Source: an uncultured Pseudomonadota bacterium (GTDB lineage: Bacteria; Pseudomonadota; Alphaproteobacteria; Rs-D84; CACZYB01). From it: DNA of 64,000 bases. The position numbers and the translations under genes were made by a program. Shown here piece after piece: positions 59,239-64,000 of this stretch. The notes under the pieces were generated by a model. It was not told the origin of the DNA. It saw nothing but the letters and a program-made list of their open reading frames with translations, and ran no database searches. The stretch lies in NCBI GenBank assembly GCA_902785275.1, contig CACZYB010000002.1, positions 32,001-96,000 of the forward strand, in the 5' to 3' direction. Position 1 is the first letter of the stretch. Each line of letters opens with the position of its first letter.

Positions 59239-59488
59239 TAATTGTATATTATTGATTTCTTTATGTGGTATACCAAACAGTATGCCACATTTTTTATTAT
59301 CTTATTTCTTTTCATTATACATTTATAAAAATTATCTATATTTAAAAGAATACTTATACCCTTATACCTTTTATCCATATACGTTTTTGTATGAAGAAAA
59401 ACGTAAAATCAAAAGAAATTATCTTATTGTAGTGCAAAAAAATCCCCAAGATTTTTTTTCTTGGGGATGTAATAAAGTTATGTTTTAA

Positions 59489-60361
59489 TTACCAAAATTT
59501 TATCAAAGAAAGTAACTTTAATTTTGCTCTTTTTGATACAAAAATCTTTCCACAATATGGGCAAGTTGTAAATGTTGTTGAAAGCATTTTTGCAACCTTT
59601 AATACTATGATAACAGGAACAAAACCAATAACTATTATCAATACAAGTACACCATATGAAATCCAGTTGTAATAAGTATTAATCTTTGTCATAAGATTTC
59701 TTACAACACCGATTTTTGTTTTTGAAATTTCGGAATAAATTGATGCGGAAATTTTTCTTGCATTTTCTGTCGCAAAACCATAATTACCCGCAACAAGATT
59801 TTTATAATTTGTATCGTTCAAATTAAGTTGCTTTTGCATTTGGTTTTGGCCAAATGATTTAAGTTCATCTTTTAATGCCTTATCCAAATCACGTTCCAAA
59901 GTCTTTGAAATTTCTTCGGTTTTTTCTTTTATTTCCTTATTAACTTTATCAACTTGTTTTTGCAAAGCTTCGGATTTATCAGCAACTTTATCTGCATTCT
60001 TTACACCAACTTTTGAAAGAAGACTTGCAGTTTTCGAAATTTTTTCTGTCTTTTCAGAAACCTTATCAAGCTTTATTTCAGGTATTGAAATTTTTGATGT
60101 ATACTTTGAAATGTTTATGTGTTTTGAAAGATTAGCAGAAAGGTCATTGTATTGATCCATCAAAACTTTGTTTGTTTCATAAACACCACTTACTACAACA
60201 AAATTTCTGATTGCATTGGAATTTTTGTAAAAGTAATTTGCAACAGGAAAAACAACAAAAATAATCCAAAGGAATGAAAATATCCATGCGATTTTTTTTG
60301 CCAAAGATACCTGTTTTTTTAATTGGTATTCTTCACCAGATTTTACAACTTTTTTTACCAT
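59489..60361 (-). CDS. Two-TM coiled-coil membrane protein with a C-terminal CxxC knuckle
   Basis: TM at each end of a helical loop; TCPYCGK. Confidence 0.65.
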   Translation of the reverse strand: MVKKVVKSGEEYQLKKQVSLAKKIAWIFSFLWIIFVVFPVANYFYKNSNAIRNFVVVSGVYETNKVLMDQYNDLSANLSKHINISKYTSKISIPEIKLDKVSEKTEKISKTASLLSKVGVKNADKVADKSEALQKQVDKVNKEIKEKTEEISKTLERDLDKALKDELKSFGQNQMQKQLNLNDTNYKNLVAGNYGFATENARKISASIYSEISKTKIGVVRNLMTKINTYYNWISYGVLVLIIVIGFVPVIIVLKVAKMLSTTFTTCPYCGKIFVSKRAKLKLLSLIKFW

Positions 60362-60481
60362 AATAAACCTCCATTGTTATTATTAATACAGTGAAATTGT
60401 AAAACAAAAAAAGCCATTTATCAACAAAAAACCTCCCGATTACGGAAGGTTTTTATTAACACAAATAAAGGAGGGGTTATA

Positions 60482-61858
60482 TTAGAAATAATATTGTACA
60501 GAAGCACTGAACATATTAATATGAAGATCGTATTCTGTATCAAATCCACCAGGATTTTTCTCAGAATATTTGGATTCGCCCCCATCAATGAACACATGAG
60601 CATAGGCTAAATCAAGCTTTCCGCCATCAAACTTATAACTTGCACCAAGTGCAGTGATAAGCCTGTTGTCGTCAGGTATTCTTGCAGTTCTATGTTCGTC
60701 GTTTGGAATAGGAGTTTTTTCAACTTCTAAACCAGCACGAAGTGTCCAATCTTTTGTATAGTCATAATCTGCACCAACAGAGAATGTCCATGTATCACGC
60801 CAATTTTCTTTTGTAGAGCTTACAAGATCTTCTGCTCCATTGGCATCTGAATAAATATTAAGTTCTTTGAAACGGCTCCATCTTGTCCATTTTGCAGTAG
60901 CAGACAATGCAAGTTTATCATCAAGTTTATGATATGATGAAACCATTATATTTTCAGGAAGTGTAACTGTTGCATGCGCAGTTCCATTTCTTGTTATTGC
61001 ACCTGCAGGAAGTGTGGCATCAACAGGGAGTGTATATCCTGCAGGAAGTGTCATTCCATTTGCCAAAGTCAAAGAAGAAGAAAGTGTATATGGGCTTTCA
61101 AGTGTAGTTGCATAACTTGAAAGTTTATGTGTACCTTCTAAGTGATAAGTAGACTTTGAACGATAGGATATTCCGTATCTGTTATTTTCGTTAACTTTAT
61201 ACATTGCACCCAAAGTATATGCCAATGTTAAATCATCGCCATTGTCGCCATTTATATCAGAGTATAAAAGATGTGATGCAGGTAAATCTACATAAATTGG
61301 ATTACCTTCTGCGTCAACACCATACTTTGTTTTACTTAAATTATTTGTTAATTTAGCAGTTGCAAACTGTGTTGAAAGAGAAGCACCAATGCTTAACTTG
61401 TTTGTTAAGTCATAAGATGAGGATACAGTCAAATCGTAAACAACGATTTCTGAAAGTAATGCTTCGTCTCGTCCCCACCAACCTTTTTTATATTCTGTTC
61501 CAATACCGTATGGTGTATAGAATGCAAAACCAAGTTTCATTTTATCAGAAAGACTTGTTTGTGCGAAAATAGATGGAACAGGGGAGAAAATATTCAAGCT
61601 TTCGTGGTTATCATCTTTTCTATCATCAATATTTGCGTAAATATCAACAAAGCTTACTCCAATTTGCATACCATCACGAGAAAGTGACATACCAGCAGGG
61701 TTTGAAACTATCGCTGAATAATCATCACCAACCAATCCCATACCTGCAAATCCACGACCAAGTGAAGTTGTAGAATACTCTGTTAAAGAAAATCCACCAG
61801 CCATAGCACCCTTTGATGCAATCAATAGAGCCATAGCTAACATAGAAACTTTTTTCAT
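60482..61858 (-). CDS. OmpP1/FadL family outer-membrane transporter
   Basis: AGGFSL.E.ST..LGR..AG, NPAG, TPYG, T.WSRF..L, W.DTW, RIPD, terminal Phe. Confidence 0.92.
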   Translation of the reverse strand: MKKVSMLAMALLIASKGAMAGGFSLTEYSTTSLGRGFAGMGLVGDDYSAIVSNPAGMSLSRDGMQIGVSFVDIYANIDDRKDDNHESLNIFSPVPSIFAQTSLSDKMKLGFAFYTPYGIGTEYKKGWWGRDEALLSEIVVYDLTVSSSYDLTNKLSIGASLSTQFATAKLTNNLSKTKYGVDAEGNPIYVDLPASHLLYSDINGDNGDDLTLAYTLGAMYKVNENNRYGISYRSKSTYHLEGTHKLSSYATTLESPYTLSSSLTLANGMTLPAGYTLPVDATLPAGAITRNGTAHATVTLPENIMVSSYHKLDDKLALSATAKWTRWSRFKELNIYSDANGAEDLVSSTKENWRDTWTFSVGADYDYTKDWTLRAGLEVEKTPIPNDEHRTARIPDDNRLITALGASYKFDGGKLDLAYAHVFIDGGESKYSEKNPGGFDTEYDLHINMFSASVQYYF

Positions 61859-61959
61859 AATTTATCCTTTTGTTTTCGTTTATAACAAATAGGACTATAC
61901 ACCTATAAAAAAAATAAATCAAGCGTTTGTTTGAATTTTTTTGTAAAAAATAAAAAAGT

Positions 61960-62580
61960 CTATAAAATGAAGCTGTTATCAATTACTTCACAAATCTTTT
62001 TTATCTCTTTTTCAGAATAATTTGCCCATCCCATCATCTTTGAAATAGAATCTTTTCTTACTGCAACGTTGAAAATTTGTGAAAAAAGCATAAATGTAGA
62101 AAGCGTAGCATTTTCCTCAGTCATCCTGCCTTCATTCGCCTCCATCAACAAATCTGCAATAATAGGCATATATACCTTGTTCAAGCTATCTTCAAATATA
62201 TGGAAGCATTCAGAAGGTTTTACATATTCCATCAAATAAATAGTAACAATTTCCTTTGGAACCTTAGGAAGACAGATACCTTCAATAAACTTGTGAATGA
62301 TTCGTTGAAGCATTTTCCTGCATTCTTCGGCAACAGGAGTATACTTTTTAAATTCATTGTATTCCTTTATCATATCGCCAAGGTAAGAATTTAAAACCTC
62401 AACTACACGACAAAGCACCCCTTCATAAAGACCACGTTTATTTTGGAAATAATAGTAAATAGCGGAAATATTGATATTTGCCTTTGCACATATATCACGT
62501 GTAGCAACTGCCTCATAACCCTTTTCGGCGAATTCCTTAACAGCAATATCTAAAATTTTTTCTTTTGAACCACTATTCAT
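61960..62580 (-). CDS. TetR/AcrR family regulator (CerR-like C-terminus)
   Basis: KILDIA...FAEKGY....TRDIC..A.INISAIYYYFQNKRGLY. Confidence 0.9.
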   Translation of the reverse strand: MNSGSKEKILDIAVKEFAEKGYEAVATRDICAKANINISAIYYYFQNKRGLYEGVLCRVVEVLNSYLGDMIKEYNEFKKYTPVAEECRKMLQRIIHKFIEGICLPKVPKEIVTIYLMEYVKPSECFHIFEDSLNKVYMPIIADLLMEANEGRMTEENATLSTFMLFSQIFNVAVRKDSISKMMGWANYSEKEIKKICEVIDNSFIL

Positions 62581-62667
62581 ACCAAAACCTCTTGCAAAGG
62601 ATTATAAAGGATTCTTTTTTTTTATTCAAGGTAAAATCTTTACATCAAAGTTCTTTTGGAAATATTT

Positions 62668-63534
62668 TTAAATTTCCAAAAGGGTGTCTACAAACTTCTC
62701 TGCATCGAATTCATGAATATCATCCACCCTTTCGCCATCAGTAACAAAGAAAATAGGAAGATTGTATTTTTTTATAAGAGATATTATAAACCCAGATTTT
62801 GATGAACCTTCGGTCTTTGTAATAACAAAACCATCAATTTTGATATTTGCACCAAACTTTTCCATTTGAAGAAGGCTGTTCTGTCCGCCATTTCCATCCA
62901 AAACCAATAAGGTTTTAGTAGGTGCCGAACTATCCACCTTTCCAATAGTCTTTATAATTTTTTGAAGTTCAGCCATCAACGCATCATTATTTGCCATACG
63001 TCCAGCAGTATCAACAATTATAACATTTTTTCCTTGCGCTCTGGCTTGATTATATCCATCATACGCAAGTCCCGATGGTTCCGCATTATCGCGATAAAAT
63101 AATGTAACCCCAGCCTTATCAGTCCATTCTTTCAATTGTTCTGTCGCTGAAATACGAAAAGTATCACACGCAATAACGGCAATATCCTTGCCTTCCTTTT
63201 TCCATTTATGCGAAAGTTTTCCAATAGTTGTGGTCTTTCCACTTCCATTCACACCAATCATCACCAAAGAATAAGGATTAGCAACTGTTATATCAAGCTT
63301 GCCTTCCGCTGGTTTAAGGATTTTTAAAATCTCATCCTTAAGTATAGCCTTAACTTCGGCCGAAGATGTATCTTTTCCAAGCTTTTTCTTTTTTACCGTA
63401 TCAATCAACTGGGTAACTGTGTCAAAAGAAATATCTGATGTAATAAGAAGGTCTTCTAAACTTTCCAACATATCTTCATCAAGCTTTTTCCCAGAAAATA
63501 TTGATGATATTTTTGATCCAATCTTTCCAAACAT
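62668..63534 (-). CDS. ftsY: SRP receptor FtsY (NG domain only)
   Basis: GVNGSGKTTTIGKL, DTFR, DTAGR, TK, GE..DD...FD. Confidence 0.93.
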   Translation of the reverse strand: MFGKIGSKISSIFSGKKLDEDMLESLEDLLITSDISFDTVTQLIDTVKKKKLGKDTSSAEVKAILKDEILKILKPAEGKLDITVANPYSLVMIGVNGSGKTTTIGKLSHKWKKEGKDIAVIACDTFRISATEQLKEWTDKAGVTLFYRDNAEPSGLAYDGYNQARAQGKNVIIVDTAGRMANNDALMAELQKIIKTIGKVDSSAPTKTLLVLDGNGGQNSLLQMEKFGANIKIDGFVITKTEGSSKSGFIISLIKKYNLPIFFVTDGERVDDIHEFDAEKFVDTLLEI

Positions 63535-63605
63535 AAAAATCCTTTGATTATATTTAATTTTTGTTTTATTATTGCTAATATAAGAAAAAATTTCAAGAGG
63601 AATTT

Positions 63606-64000
63606 ATGAAACAAAAAGCATATATAATTTGTGGCCCAACAGCCAGTGGTAAAAGTTCGCTTGCGATTGACCTTGCCCTTAAAAATAATGGCGTGATAAT
63701 CAATGCCGACAGTCAACAGGTTTATCGCGAACTTCCTATACTTACTGCTTGCCCATCGAAAAAGGATTATGAAACAGTCCCTCATAAACTTTACCAATTT
63801 TTTGATGGTGGAAAGAAAATGGATGCTTCTCTTTGGGTCGATTATGCAAAAAAGGAAATAGAGGCTGCCTTTAATCAAAATAAAACTCCATATATTGTTG
63901 GTGGAACCGGTTTTTATATAAAGGCATTAACTCAAGGTCTTTCTGTTATCCCTGATATACCGGCCAATATCCGTAAACAGGTAAGACAAGAAGGCTTGCA
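63606..64000 (+). CDS. miaA: tRNA dimethylallyltransferase (3' truncated by the window edge)
   Basis: Manual translation: MKQKAYIICGPTASGKSSLA...IINADSQQVY..LPILTA.P...IVGGTGFY. Confidence 0.93.
   Translation, partial: MKQKAYIICGPTASGKSSLAIDLALKNNGVIINADSQQVYRELPILTACPSKKDYETVPHKLYQFFDGGKKMDASLWVDYAKKEIEAAFNQNKTPYIVGGTGFYIKALTQGLSVIPDIPANIRKQVRQEGL

Noticed and set aside
14291-59468. Recurring AAAAATCCCC...GGGGAT hairpins as a REP/MITE family
   Set aside because: They occur singly at gene ends with unrelated loops, consistent with ordinary intrinsic terminators.
59252-59488. 78-aa ORF with YLYPYTFYPYTF and short TTATACC repeats
   Set aside because: No RBS, low complexity, and it runs through a terminator hairpin (59437-59468).
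63456-63878. 140-aa minus-strand ORF
   Set aside because: It is antisense to the clearly recognisable miaA on the plus strand.

Overview
Low-GC (roughly 30%) bacterial chromosome segment, most likely from a host- or gut-associated Alphaproteobacterium (inferred from DUF3126, RHH_4 next to AsmA, the fabI type and a CerR-type TetR). All family assignments come from motif recognition, not database searches. (1) Bases 1-11080 are the right part of an element integrated at a tRNA. It ends in a tRNA 3'-end remnant with dyad symmetry and arm-type repeats. It carries a type I R-M hsdS end, an operon with an apparent antisense-RNA-controlled leader (small protein, DUF2130, a frameshifted membrane protein, RloC-like ABC ATPase), DUF3768, a HEPN protein, a primase-less SF3 helicase next to an AT-rich repeat/origin region and a GC-rich structured island, and RhuM-Fic. 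(2) Two tandem mosaic polytopic membrane paralogs follow. (3) Housekeeping genes: infC, tRNA-Cys, LOG, typA, SRP RNA, a MurF-like ligase, a spirochete-type class I lysS, glgA, fabI, uvrB, asmA, D-2-hydroxyacid dehydrogenase, D-Ala-D-Ala dipeptidase, FadL, ftsY and miaA. (4) The most unusual locus is 38.7-52.7 kb. Five translationally coupled VirB6/TrbL-like paralogs, each with a CxxC motif and a second conserved Cys pair, sit with no other vir genes nearby. They are transcribed divergently from an operon encoding a coiled-coil protein, a catalytically eroded NERD protein, an apparently dead HNH toxin domain and a SUKH immunity protein. Also present: a family of secreted Cys-patterned proteins with basic N-termini and swapped C-termini, a 38-Cys surface protein, an uncalled 59-aa secreted peptide and a 6S-like hairpin.
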